64,000 nucleotides of DNA from Cycas panzhihuaensis (lineage: Eukaryota; Plantae; Cycadophyta): assembly GCA_023213395.1 (NCBI GenBank), contig CM041465.1:61635741-61699740 (forward strand). Reading direction: 5' to 3'. Both the position numbers and the translations under genes were made by a program. Positions 39,952 to 53,199 of this stretch are shown piece by piece. The stretch's first letter is position 1, and every line of letters starts with the position of its first letter. The notes beneath the pieces were generated by a model. That model was not told where the DNA came from, did not search any database, and saw nothing but the letters and a program-made list of their open reading frames with translations.

Positions 39952-42863
39952 AGGTATGACTAAATACCCATCATTAACTATGATAGTTTGAATGAACTAT
40001 CAATAAGCGATTAAATATGGAATAAAATACCTTTGTGCAACTAGTTTATACCTTATTCTTACGGTGTCTTTATTCTTCCATGGCAACATCTATGAAATAT
40101 TTATGAGGCTTCCTTTAGTTTCTTCTACAATCATGATTAGCTTTCTATAACTGGGTGCTTCACTAGCTATGATTGAGAAATATTGAGGGAAGGAATAGAC
40201 ATGTTGTTTCACGTTGATGTTCTTATGGGGTGGAGATATTAGAATGGGCAAATAAACCTTTGATTGTGGATTGTAGATCATAGCTTCACAATAATGATAG
40301 ATAGATCACATGACTTCACAATGAATAGAAAAGGCACAACTGAGACAAACAACAACTCAGGTGTAGGGCAATTTATTGGTGACACATCAAAACCCTTCAC
40401 GGTGGCTTGGATTTGGATGATAAACTACAAGCTATATTATTTTATTCCACAATCTATTTCACAAGGCCTATAAATGATTAAATCCTTTTAATGAATAAGA
40501 TCCTTCCCACGAACAAACCTTGTTTTAACCTCAGCTCTGATACCATGTTGGAACATAGAACCTACAATAAGATATTCGCAAACAGAATAGAACAGAATAA
40601 ACACACCTCTATAAGATTGAATGGTATCGTTAAGGTACCTCCATTGTATTAACAAAACATCCTTACTACATCATTCAAGATGATACACAATGTTATGTAT
40701 TTATAATACATGTTAATATAGAGAGAGTAAGACCCACTTACATGTGGGACAAAATAAATATGCATTAATATTCTAATAAATTCAAAGCTACTCTGATAAT
40801 ATTTTATGTGTCCTTCCTAGGGACTCCTATCCTTTGATTCGTTCAACATTTTAAATTTTACTTGAATAAAGTGAAAGGTTTATGCGAATGGAAAGGTTTT
40901 TTTTCTTTCATTTGTGCTTTTTATTTTGTTTATTTTATTTTTTCTTTTTGTTTAACAAAATAAACCAAGGCAATCAATGAAGCAACAAAGCCTATTCCAC
41001 CTTTAACTGACAAGCAAAGAAAAACTAGAACTAGATGCATGCAATATATTTTTATTTCTTTTCACTTTAAAGATAAAACACGTAAATACAAATGTGAAAC
41101 TATTCTTTTAAATGCATTATGCACACTTTACTATGAAAGAAAATGCACCAACAAAAAATGCAACACACCATACAATTACTCTATGCAAACTTTTAAATAA
41201 TATGCAATGCTAATTAAAAGATTTTTATTTCATATACATGTAATCTTCTCTTTGAGTGAATGTTCTATGATGCAAAGGAGAGACTTGTAAAGATATATTA
41301 CTGCTAATAAAATGAATTTTTAGACCTTTAAAGTTGTATTCAAATAAGAAAACCTCAATAGCAATCCTCATATGTGATACTAGCCCTACAACTTTAATAT
41401 TCTATCTCAATTAGAGCAAGAAAGATTCTAAAAAGATCCTTGAATCTTTAATAGTCTAAAAAATCAAGCATATAATCCATTTAATACTTTAGATTTTCTT
41501 TTCAAAAGATGAAAGTAAACCTAGGAGTGAAACCATACAAATAATAAAATCAAGACTTCTTTCTTAGTGTAAAAATTTGCCTTAGAATGGCTCTATTCTT
41601 TTAATTGATCAATTCTTTCCAAGTTTCTCCTTTAAAACAAGTAAAAGAAGAGAAGTAACAAGCATCAAGAGCTAAATGACAACTAAACAAAGCTAAAAAA
41701 GATGGAAAACTTCTTTGAATACAAACTATTATATAAGAATAGGAAGGGGTGGCAATTTAAATGGTGGAAAGATGACCATGCCCCACCTTAGTCTATCCCT
41801 TATGGACCCCATAAAGGGCTAGCCTTTTAGCTAGTATTCCAATCCATAAGCATATATAAAATCACCATAATAACTAGCCAAAAGAAAGAACAAGTTTTAA
41901 GCAAGAAATAACCTTCAGAAAATAATGAAATAAGTAAAAATCATATAGGAAAGATCTTACCAATTTAGAAGAATTTTAAGACTAAAAACCTTGAGAAGGA
42001 TCATAAAACTTGAAAATCAAACCATCAACATTTGAATATCAATAGAGCAGTAAGTCACAACATCAAAATCTTCTCTCAATTTCACCCATAAGTATCACTA
42101 AAGTCAACCTTGAAGTCATAGTAAAAACAATCCTCAAAAGATCTCCAAAAATGACTAAAAATCCACATAAAGCTTAAACAATTCACCCTCTTACCATCAA
42201 TGAGAAACAACAACCCTATTTTGATCATTCTTAGGCACCAAGAGGATAAGATTCCATTAAATTTGGGTAGTGGCATGTAAAAATCTGGCACACTGGTTGA
42301 GTTTTGCATGCATCGTAGTAAAAAATGTAACAGGTCACATTTTTGGACCTATCAAAAATGCAACTTTACTTAAAAAATGTGACTAGTCACATTTTTTGCA
42401 ATACTGAAAATACGATAAATAGGAAAGTGAAAATCAACTCATTGAAAAGTAAAAAAAATAGTTTTTAAATATAAATTAGAGTACAAATGACTTTATGAAT
42501 GAGTAAAGAGGCAAAAAATAAGATGAAAACGATGAGTATAAGCCCAAAAATGATTAAAAATAATAAAAGTTGGTGAAATCAAGAATAAAACGTAAAAATA
42601 ACAAGTTTTAAAGGAAATATTAAATTAAATTGGCCATGAAGAAACAATTTTAATGTCATAGTTTTAGACATCAACAGGTAATAGAATAATACACATCACA
42701 TCATTATTTATCATATATCATGAAGCAAAAATTAGTATGTTAATTCATCAAAACATGACCTAACTCATCACTAAACAAGTCCATCATTCACTTTTTATGA
42801 AATTGTATAAGAAACACATCAAAAGTCACAAATGTAAATAAGAGGCAAGGTTTTGGTGAAATA

Positions 42864-42874
42864 TTTACCCCCTT
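42864..42874 (-). promoter_or_regulatory. Tat-B polypurine tract
   Basis: Minus strand AAGGGGGTAAA abutting the 3' LTR. Confidence 0.8.
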
Positions 42875-43118
42875 AACACTTAAAGCCCCTACCTCAAAAA
42901 GAAAGTAGGACATTAAAAGGTGGCAATGGTGAAGGTGAATGTTCTTTCAATGAAATATGATGGGAATCAAATGAAGCATATGAATGATGAAGTGAATAAG
43001 TTATGGGATCTAGCTTGAAATAAACTTGCTATGATAATAAGATTAAAAAGATCTTATTAACAAACATACCAAAAAAGACTAGGTTTTTAATATCAAAATG
43101 CCATTACTTTTACTTCTT

Positions 43119-43273
43119 GCCCAAAAGGATTGGGCACTTGTTATTATGAAAGACCTACCAAAAAGGATTGGGTGTCTATTGTCGCTAAAATCCTACCCAA
43201 AAGAACTGGGTATCTATCAACAAGGAAAATGTATCTAATGCCCACAAACTAGATGGGACTTGACTACTAAAAT
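43119..43273. repeat. Hairpin-unit tandem array in Tat-B 3' region, left part (continues 48543-48594)
   Basis: CCCA-N7-9-TGGG units at ~32-46 bp spacing, split by C3. Confidence 0.8.
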
Positions 43274-46200
43274 TGTTATGAATACAAGGTCCTAACACTT
43301 AAACTGCCACCAAGATCTAACCCATCCTCGCAACTAGTTACAGAAATTGAAACTGAAGATCACATGGAAGTTCTTAAACTAGAGAAAAATAAACAAACTA
43401 AATAAGAAAGCCAATCACATAAATACACCTGATATAATGTGGTAAAACCCTTGTAATATGCTAGGGAAACATCTACACAGGAAAGGTGTCTATCTTTATT
43501 ATCACAAAATGGGGAAAATGTATATAATCCTGTAGTAGAGTACTCACAACAATAAAAACCAGCTGCCCAACTCCTTAAGAGTACATTGAACCACCTCAAC
43601 ATAATGAAATATGCCTTAAAACGGGCTACATGAGAGAGTCATATAAGGCACAAATCTGGAACATAGAATCTAGGATATTTTTATCGAATGACCCTGATTC
43701 TCTTTACAATTTAATATAGTTTCCAATGCTAATTTTTTTAGGTTGAGGGCTATCGCCCTTGAGCCCCATCTTAGCGGAGGGCATTCCACACCTCCTTGGC
43801 CAAGGGGGGCTCCCGCCCCCCTTGGAACTCCTTGAGGAAGGTTTTGGGGGGAAACTATGGTACCAACATGCCAAAATTTAAGCCTCCAACCATAGTTGTC
43901 ACATTACCCAACAGTCTCCACCTTGACAACAATTTACCTAGTACCTTTCCTAGATCCTTCATCATCTTTTCTGCAAGCCAAGAGAAGTCAAACACCATTT
44001 GAACTTCTCTAATGGTATTGGTTTTGTGAATATATCATCATAATTCTATTTTGTATCAACCTTCTCAAGTACCACTCCACTTGCTTCCATAACCTGTCTG
44101 ACAAAATGGTACTTAAAAGCAATATGCTTTGTTCGACTATGATAATCTAGATTCTTGGCTAAGTAAATGGCATTTTGACTATTATAAAATACCTTTACCT
44201 TTTACTGTTTCCTTCCAAGCTCAACCAATAGACCCTATAACCAGATTGCTTCTTTACAAGTATGTGCTGCAGTAACATATTTAACTTCTATAGTTGATAA
44301 TGCAATTGTGCTCTATAATTTTGACATGCAACTAACTGGACCATTTGCAAGAGTGAATACATAACTTGAAGTAGACCTTCTCTTATCTAAGTCTCCTATA
44401 AATTCTAAATCAACACATCCATAAACCTAATTATCTGTACCTCCAAAGGTGATGTAATAGTCACTTGTGCCTCTCAAATACCATAGCACCTATTTTATTG
44501 TTGCCCAATGTTCCTTTCTTGGATTTACCATAAACTTGCTAACTACATTGACTGCATGTGAAATGTCAGGTCTTATACATACCATGGCATACATCAAACT
44601 TCCTACTGCACTTGCATAAGACACACAAGATATATAATACTTTTATTCTTCATTACTAGGACTCATACTTGAAGAAAGCTTGAAATGGGAAGCTAATGGG
44701 ATACTCACTGGTTTCACATTTTCCATACCAAACCTGGTTAGCACCTTCTCCATATATTTCTGCTATGATAACCATAGCTTACCATTTTTCCTATCTCTAT
44801 GTATCTCCATACCTAAGATTTATTTTGCAGCTCCTAGATCCTTCATATCAAAAGTCCTAGCCAATTGAGCCTTTAACTTATTGATTTCTTTCATGCTCTT
44901 GCTTGCAACCGGCATGTCATCAACATACAATACCAAGATAATGAATAAGCCATTGTCTATAAATTTAAAGTAAACATAATGATCATACTCACTTCTTTTG
45001 AAATTTTGGCTCTCCATAAAGGCATCAAACTTCTTGTACCATTGCCTGGGAGATTGCTTCAGGCCATACAATGATTTCTTAAGCCTGCAAATAACTCTTT
45101 TCCTACCATCCTATACAACCCCCTCTGGTTGATCCATATAGATATCCTCATCTAAATCTCCATGTAGAAAAGTTATTTTTATATCTAACTACTCCAACTC
45201 CAAATCAAGAGAAGCTACCGATGCTAACAACACTCAAAGTGAAACAAGTTTGATAACTGATGAAAAGATCTCATAAAAGTCAATACTTGCTTTCTGTGCA
45301 AAGCCTTTAGCCACCAGTCTTGCCCTATATTTATCAACCTTTCTATCAACATTTATTTTCATCTTAAAAACCCACCTGCAACCAAGAGTCTTCCTGCTAT
45401 ATGGAAGTTCTACCAAGTCCCATGAATTATTTTTCTTCAATTCATCTATCTCTTCCTGCAGAGCCCTCTTCCACTTCTCACTATGGATATCATCTACTGC
45501 TTCTTGATAACACGTAGGCTCACCATCATTAGAAACCAAAGTAATAGAAGTAGATAGGTTGTAGCTGTCAAGTGGATGACTAACTTGTGTAGATCTTCTA
45601 ATTGTTGGCAGAGGGGTGTCCACATACTCCTGTAAATCTGTTACAGATTTATCTTTAGAAATATCTTCCTGCTCTTCTAATTCTAAAGATGGCTAGGTTT
45701 TAAACTTGACTTGTTGATGTTCATCTTTCTGCTCCTGTTTCACTTCAACTTCTACATAGTTTGATTTTAGAAGGGGAGATTCATCAAATACAACATCTCT
45801 ATTAATGGTGATTTTGTGGGCAGTAGGATCCCATAACCTGTATCCCTTCACACCATCTTTATCACCATAACCAAAAAAGATATATTTCTTGGATTTTGGG
45901 TCTAACTTTGAACATTTACTTTTATCAGTCTAGGCATAAGCATCGCAACCAAAAACTCTCAAATTTGAATAGTCACATGGATATCCAGTCCATACCTCTT
46001 TAGGAATCTTACAGTCTATTGCAAGTGATGTTGACCTATTTACCATATATCAAGTTATTTGAATAGCTTCTACCCACAAGCCCTACTCCACTCCAATATT
46101 ACTAAGCATGCTTCTTGCTCTTTCCAAGAGTGTCTTATTCATGTACTCAACAATGCCATTTTGCTACAGAGTATAGCTAGTGGTCTTGTGTCTTTTGATC

Positions 46201-48537
46201 CCAACTTCTCTGCAATAGTTCTCAAACTCTAAGGAGTTGAACTCACCTCTATTATCAGTTCTTAAATATTTTATTGACTTACCAGTGTTGTTCTCAACTA
46301 AAGCCTTGAATTGCTTAAATAGACTAAAAACTTTAGATTTCCTTTTCAAAAAATATACCCATACCTTCTTGGAGTAATCATCTATAAATGTGATAAAGTA
46401 CAATGATCCTCTACAAGATATTTTAGGGCTAGTCCCCATACATCTGAATGTATGTAATCTAGAATGCCTTTACTAGTATGAATCCCTACTTTAAACCCAA
46501 GTCTATACTATTTTCCAAAAATAAAATATTTACAGAAAGCTAAATCTAAAAGTTGTAAGTCAGGAAGTAACTTACAGTTTATCAACACCTTAAGTCCTCT
46601 CTCACTCATGTGCCTAAGTCTCTGATGCCATAACTGGGATAGATCTTCTGCATTCTTTGATGTTGTAGTTGCTTGGATGACATCTGTACTTCCCACTAAA
46701 ATGTAAAGATTTCCTTTCTTAAAGGCTTTTATAACAACCAACGTGCCCTTTGACACCTTTAGGACTCCTTTATGACTTGTATGCTTATAACCACCTGAAT
46801 CTAGTTCACCCAAGGAAATTAGATTCCTTTTTAGATCAAGTACATGTCTAACCTCAGTTAATATTCTCACTACACCATCAAACATCTTAATTCTGATGCT
46901 GGTAATGCCCAGTGTCTTATAAGAAACTTCATTTCCCATAAGCACATCACCACCATCAAGAGGTTGGTATGATGAGAACCAACTCTTGTGTAGATACATG
47001 TGGTGTAAAGCACCTGAATTTAATAACCAGTCATGGTGATAATGGAAAACATTATAAGCAACTAAGACATCATCATCCATACTTTGATTTGACTCCACCT
47101 GATTAGCCTCCTTGGCAGGATCTTCCTTTTTCTGGAACTCCTTCCTTTTGAAGTAATCCTTCTTGAGGTGACCCATCTTATTATAATGCCAACACCCGAG
47201 CTTACTCTTCTTGCTTTTTGACTTTGACCTCAATGTATCCCTAGAGCTTTGTCCTATATCAATTATTCTACCCATTGCTATCATGGCTTCTGGTGTGGAG
47301 GTTTTAAGACTAGACTTCCTTCGCACTTCTTCCATCAACAAAGCACTCATAACATAATCATATTCTAATTCATCTATAGTGCTAAAACTAATTGAGGTGA
47401 TAATATTATCCCAGGATTCTGGTAATGAGTATAACAAGGTAACAACCTTATCCTCATCCTCAATTTTGACATTGATACTAGCTAATGACAAATAAGAGTA
47501 TTGAAAATATTTAAATGGTCAACAATTTTTATACCTTCCTTCATCTATAATGAGTACAGTTGCCTCTTCAAGTAAATTCAATTTGTCACTAATTTGGTCA
47601 TATACAGGCCTTCTAAACGAGTCCATAATCCTGCTGCTGTCTGCTCCACTGTGATGTTAAACAGAACTTCATCTGCCAAGTATAATCATATTGTGCTAAG
47701 AGCCTTTTTATCTAGATCATCCCAATCATCATCGTCCATCCCTGTGGGTTTCCTCATTTTGCCTATGAGAGCTCTGTACAAACCTTGTTATACAAGAACA
47801 TCATACACTTTTAGTTTCCATAACTCAAGGTTGTTCTTGGCATTGAATTTCTCCACCTCAAACTTTGCACTTGCCAGTTTCGCCATTTGGTGTAGAGAAA
47901 GCTAATACCAAAACCTTCACAAATTCACTGTAAAAATAAAAGTGGCTCTGATATTACTTATTGTGAATATAAGGTCCCAACCCTTAAACCGCCACCAAGA
48001 TCTAACCTATTCTTGCAATAGGTTACAGAAATCAAAACTAAAGATTACATGCAAGTTCTTAAACTAGAGAAAAATAAATAAACTAAACAAGAAAGCCAAG
48101 CACATAAATACACCTGATATAATGTGATAAAACCCTAGCAATGTGCTAGGGAAACATCTATACAGGAAAGGTATCAATCTTTATTGTTACAGAATAGAGA
48201 AAATATATATAATCCTGTAGTAAAGTGATCATAGCAACAATAACTAGCTACCCAACTCCTTAGAGTACGTTGAACCACCTCAACATAATGAAATATACCC
48301 TTAAACGGGCTACATGAGAGAGTCATACAAGGCACAAATCTAGAACGTAGAATCTAGGGTATTTTTATTAAACAATCATGATTCTCTTTACAATTTAATA
48401 TAGTTTCCCCCCGCACCCCCTAGCCAAGGGGGGCTCCCACCCCCCTTAGAATCTCCTGAGGAAGGTTTGGGGGGGAAACCATGCTGCCAACATGCCAAAA
48501 TTTAAGCCTCCAACCATTGTTGTTATATTATCCAACA
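43274..48537 (-). mobile_element. C3: full-length Tnt1/Tork-like Ty1/copia nested in Tat-B
   Basis: LTRs 43274-43913 and 47959-48537. TSD AAAAT (43269-43273, 48538-48542). Decayed Met PBS 47945-47956. PPT 43914-43925. Confidence 0.95.
43985..47886 (-). pseudogene. C3 gag-pol polyprotein with stops and frameshifts
   Basis: MAKLASAKFEVEKFNAKNN.., WLLNSGALHHM, LWHQRLRHMSERGL, FIDDYSKKVWVYFLK, RTDNRGEF, YRARLVAKGFAQ, YGLKQSPRQWY, LYVDDM, RNase H. Confidence 0.95.
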
Positions 48538-48604
48538 AAAATACCCACAAACTAGATGAGACTTCATTGTCAAATACCCATAAAGTATATGGGTCTTTAC
48601 TATA

Positions 48605-48950
48605 CAACTAGTCATAGTTTATCTCTCTTTAATCACGTACCAGAGGGAAATCTTTTTGCAGAAGCAAAAAATATAAACTGTTATAGTTTACAAGATTATT
48701 AATAGGTGACTTTTTAGAGAAATCCATTATAGTTTAGCCTCATTAATGGGGTGAAGGCCTTTGAAGGTTGATTATCATAGTTTAACCTCATTAACAATAA
48801 AATTTCAGAGGGCTCCCTATCATAGTTTAAACTCATTAACATGTAAAAATGACTCATAGCTAAATCCCATCATACTTTAGGCTCTTCAAAAAGTGAAAGG
48901 AGGCTCAAAGTATATATTCATGTAATAGTTTTAGCTCTTTAATAGGCAAA
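48605..48950. repeat. Degenerate ~46-55 bp tandem repeats (core ATCATAGTTTAnCCTCATTAA) in Tat-B 3' region
   Basis: Cores near 48612, 48681, 48727, 48774, 48820, 48868 and 48923. Confidence 0.8.
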
Positions 48951-49678
48951 GTAAATTTAGAGTGATATTCCTAAACTCTAAGATAATGGTCCATGTAAAA
49001 TAAATGAATGTGAAGTGGTGGATCATATATTCAAAGGAAGGTGAGCTCTATAAGAAAGCAAATATATTAAAAATTATATTTGAACCTTATCATAGCAAAA
49101 ATAGATACTTTGTAGGATTCTGAAATGATTTTGATGTTAATGGTGATTAAAAAGGAGTATAATCTACTTTGATAGGTTCCATGGGAGCTAGGGAAAATTC
49201 TACTTGAGAAATAGAGAAAAGTCCCTCCTTATTTATAAGGAAATTGATAAGAAATGAAATTCATTTTCATGAGAGGGAATAGGAAAAAGGAGCTATCTAG
49301 AGTCCATTTTTTTCATTTTTGAGGCACTTAGGAGCACATTTTGACAAAGGATTGGTTCTAGAGGATAATCGTTAGGAGTACGGAGCAGAGAGCTAGGTAC
49401 TCGATAAGTTAGAAATATTATATATATTTTTTAAGTTTTTCTTTAAAAAATGCAGTAATGTAGTGTGAAAAATGCAAGCACTACATTAAAAATATGATTA
49501 ACTAGTGAAAAAGATGAGAATATAACGAAAAATATGATTTTGTAATTTAGGACAATTAGAAGAAATCACACTTTTAACTATGAAATCACGTTTTTAGTTG
49601 CACAACCATACTTTTGAAAGTTTCTTAGAAGAATCTTAAAAATTAAAATTTTCTAAAGTAAAATCAAGGTACTAACAG

Positions 49679-51520
49679 GATATTCATGATATGATGCAAC
49701 CTCTAGATATGGTAGAGACATAAGAAAATGAGGGGATGGATATTAAGGAGCTAGTTAGCTAGCTAGATGAGGTGGGATGGGCAATCTTAAGAGCGTGTGG
49801 ACTCTCACAAGCTAGTTAGTTATGGAGCATGAGATCTTGCATAACTTCATTGGTTGTTGGGGTCTGAAAATATAACATCTTCTGAGTATGAGCCATTAGA
49901 GAGATAGAGATTACTTTGAGAGATGTGAGGAGGATCTTCGGAGTGAGTTGGCATGGATAATATGTGAGACTGATCAAGGTGACTAATGAGGAGTCTAAGA
50001 TGGCATGTAGTGAATACTTGATGGGCTTTGTTGATCAAATTAGCTAGCATGGGATATTAATAGAGGCTATCCAAACAATAGGTGATATTCCTATAGTTAG
50101 GAGGATCATCACCTTGATCATTATTCATAGGATAGTCAGAACCTATAATTTCATGTGGGTTTCAACTTAGTGAACTAGCGTGGTTAGGAGGTGTGAGCAG
50201 GGGATCTAAATTAATTAGGGATAGTACATAGTAGATAATATTAGGCACTAGTTATCTAGGATCAAGAGGATGAGGAGGGAAGGATCCTCACAAAGCTCGA
50301 TATTAATGTATTGGCTATATGATCATATCCCACTTATGAGTCTAGGAGGAGAGCTAGGGGATCTAACTATCATAGACCTCAGGATGAACAAGTGGCATAT
50401 GAGATCGAGGATCCACAACAGGCCAACTATCATGGTAAGGAATACACATAATCTTTTCTTAGTAAGATGATGAGGAGATAGCTCATGGAAGATGCATATG
50501 CAGGGCTATTAGTATAGAGAAATTATGAGATGGATGCTACAGAGAGGGCAACAATAGAGGAGGCTCCCATGGCTAGACAAGGGATAGGCACAGGACGCGA
50601 TGGAGAAGGACGAGGTGGGAGAGATGGTAGGGATGGCAAAGAGATGGGACAAGGAGACATAGGAGGTTCCTCATTTAGTGGAGGAGTATAAGGGAGATAT
50701 CAAGTACTAGAGAGAGCAGGTGGAACATCTATGGAGGGTAGAGGAGGCTCCATACGGAGCATAGAGCTAGGCTTAATAGATGGACAAGGTAGAGGTAGAG
50801 GGAGTAAAGTAGGAGATGGTAAGCCTACCCAAGAGGTTCTTCATGAGCCATAGGGAGAGGGAGTACCATCAATTAAGGAGATGATGGGAGCAAATCCAGT
50901 AAGAGGAGATCTACCACTAGGTATAACATTTAATTTATTTGTCTCATATCAGATTATATTACTTTTTCATTGAGGATTCTTCATTCTAAGGGATTGATCA
51001 TAAATTATATATTTTTATTAGATAGGTGATGAGATGGTGAGCTTGAGAGAGATATAAAGGACACTGGAGCTAATGTTACTCTATGTTCTAGCATTGAAGG
51101 AGGTGCCAGTATAGAACATAGTAGATTATACTTTACTAGGATATCACATTGATTATTATAGCCATGCTCTTTGATCTTGAGATATTTACATAGATACAAG
51201 GGTAGATTTAAGGATACAAGAGCTGGATCTCAAGGCAACTAAGAATGAGAGATGACACTTATGTAAGATATCATTGGATCAGGTAGGAGAATGATACACC
51301 CATCAATAAGTGCCACTGTATAGTAGGGGCGAGACCACCTTCCACCTCATGGTGAGTCTACACATGGGGAGACTTCAAGTAGGAGGGAGGGAGCAGATCT
51401 AATGTCCCAAAGGGATCTCATTAGGAGTCATAAAGATGAGAGCATCTTATGTTGTATAGAGAAATATGAGGGCGATGAGAGGCATTTTGTGAGTCTCACT
51501 ATGTATCATAAATCATAAGA
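49679..51520 (+). pseudogene. PMD-like antisense accessory gene of Tat-B, intron 50921-51025
   Basis: ILHNFIGCW..YNIF..EIEITLRDVRRIFGVSWHG; N*G*YIVDNIRH*L..SSILMYWLYDHIP (PF10536-type motifs); RG-rich linker; GT-AG intron; exon QELDLKATKNER*HL. Confidence 0.8.
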
Positions 51521-51549
51521 GTGACAGATGTACTATATTTCTTTGCTAT

Positions 51550-51990
<441 letters not shown>

Positions 51991-52796
51991 TGATCATTTA
52001 CTTTTAAAAACTTGTATATAGATACTTGTCTCTAAACCCTTTCCCCTTTATGTCCTTTTTTAGATTAAGCATAGTATACATTCATTAGCTTGATAGTCCA
52101 AAGGAACATGTAATAATATTTTCATTTTTTATTTTTTTATTCTTTTGTAGTTATACATATATACATACATATATATATATATTTATAATATGTACATGAT
52201 AGTTTATAGTCATTCTGGAGTAAGGCAGTTTAGGAAGAAAAAGGATTGCAAGAAAGAGTGAATAATAGAAAATAAATAAAAGACAAGAGGGAGTAGGTGA
52301 AAGGTTCACTTATTCTATTTTTATAAATATAAAACCATATGAAATAAATGGTAACAGGTTTATAAAAGTAGAAGATGGAATGATATGAATCCCTTGAAAG
52401 AAACTCATATAACCCACATCATACTCTTAATAGATTATATAGATGTAGAATAAAATCCATATTTTTATAATGTATCATGAAGAAAACAAGTTATTTACCA
52501 AATGAAAAGTTAATCTCACTTAACAAATAACTAGTCATCTGAGTATATTGGATCCTTGTTAGCTCCTTGTAGGGGCAAGAAGCTTTTGGGACTTATCACT
52601 TTCCAAGATCCTTCATAGTCTAATATTCCCATGTGGGTCTATCCCTTTCAACTACTTTATTTTAATCTTCTACTTATCATCTTAATCTTCAAACTACTTA
52701 AATCTATATCTTCCCAAACCAATAGTTTATACTCATTAGGGAGTGGTGGTTTATACTAATTCTGGAGTGACGTGCCCCTAGTTAAAAAGATCAAAG

Positions 52797-53199
52797 TCAA
52801 CTAAAATGATCATCCAAGATAAAGGAACAAGAGTGTCAGCTTCAAGGTTGAGAGAATGAGGGATATACTAAATGGTAACTAAAGAAAAAATGGAAAATAA
52901 GGATAAAGCTTGATGATGAAGGAGAAGGAGTCATGGAGATTGAACTTGATACATCCAACCAATTGATATACTACAATCTAAGAGTCAGTATATATAGTAA
53001 TAGGTCCAAGGTGAAAGTGAGAAATATTAGATTAGGCTCCTATAATAGTAAGGTATTTAACTTCATTATTAGTTGCCCCTGATATAAAAGATCCCATAGA
53101 AAGAAGAGGACTTTCTAATTGGTCATAAATCACCTAAGCAAAAGTAGATAGTCCTAGGTTTTCCATACTACCTCCATTAGTGAAAATACTCAATGTCAT
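52797..53199 (-). pseudogene. Archaeal-type RNase H (aRH) of Tat-B
   Basis: MTLSIFTNGGSMENLGLSTFA*VIYDQ..GATNNEVKY..IIGA..IYTDS*IVVYQLVG..YIPHSLNLEADTL. Confidence 0.87.

Noticed and set aside
43119-48950. Repeat-spacer pattern resembling a CRISPR array
   Set aside because: Repeats are degenerate, no cas genes are present, and they lie in a plant retrotransposon 3' UTR where tandem repeats are common
49230-49238. TATTTATAA as promoter of the PMD gene
   Set aside because: Reads as TATAAATA on the minus strand, so it points away from the PMD gene
49679-51520. PMD sequence as a host MAIN/MAIL-like gene
   Set aside because: Lies inside the LTR-bounded Tat-B, has a counterpart at the same position in Tat-A, and carries TE-type stop mutations
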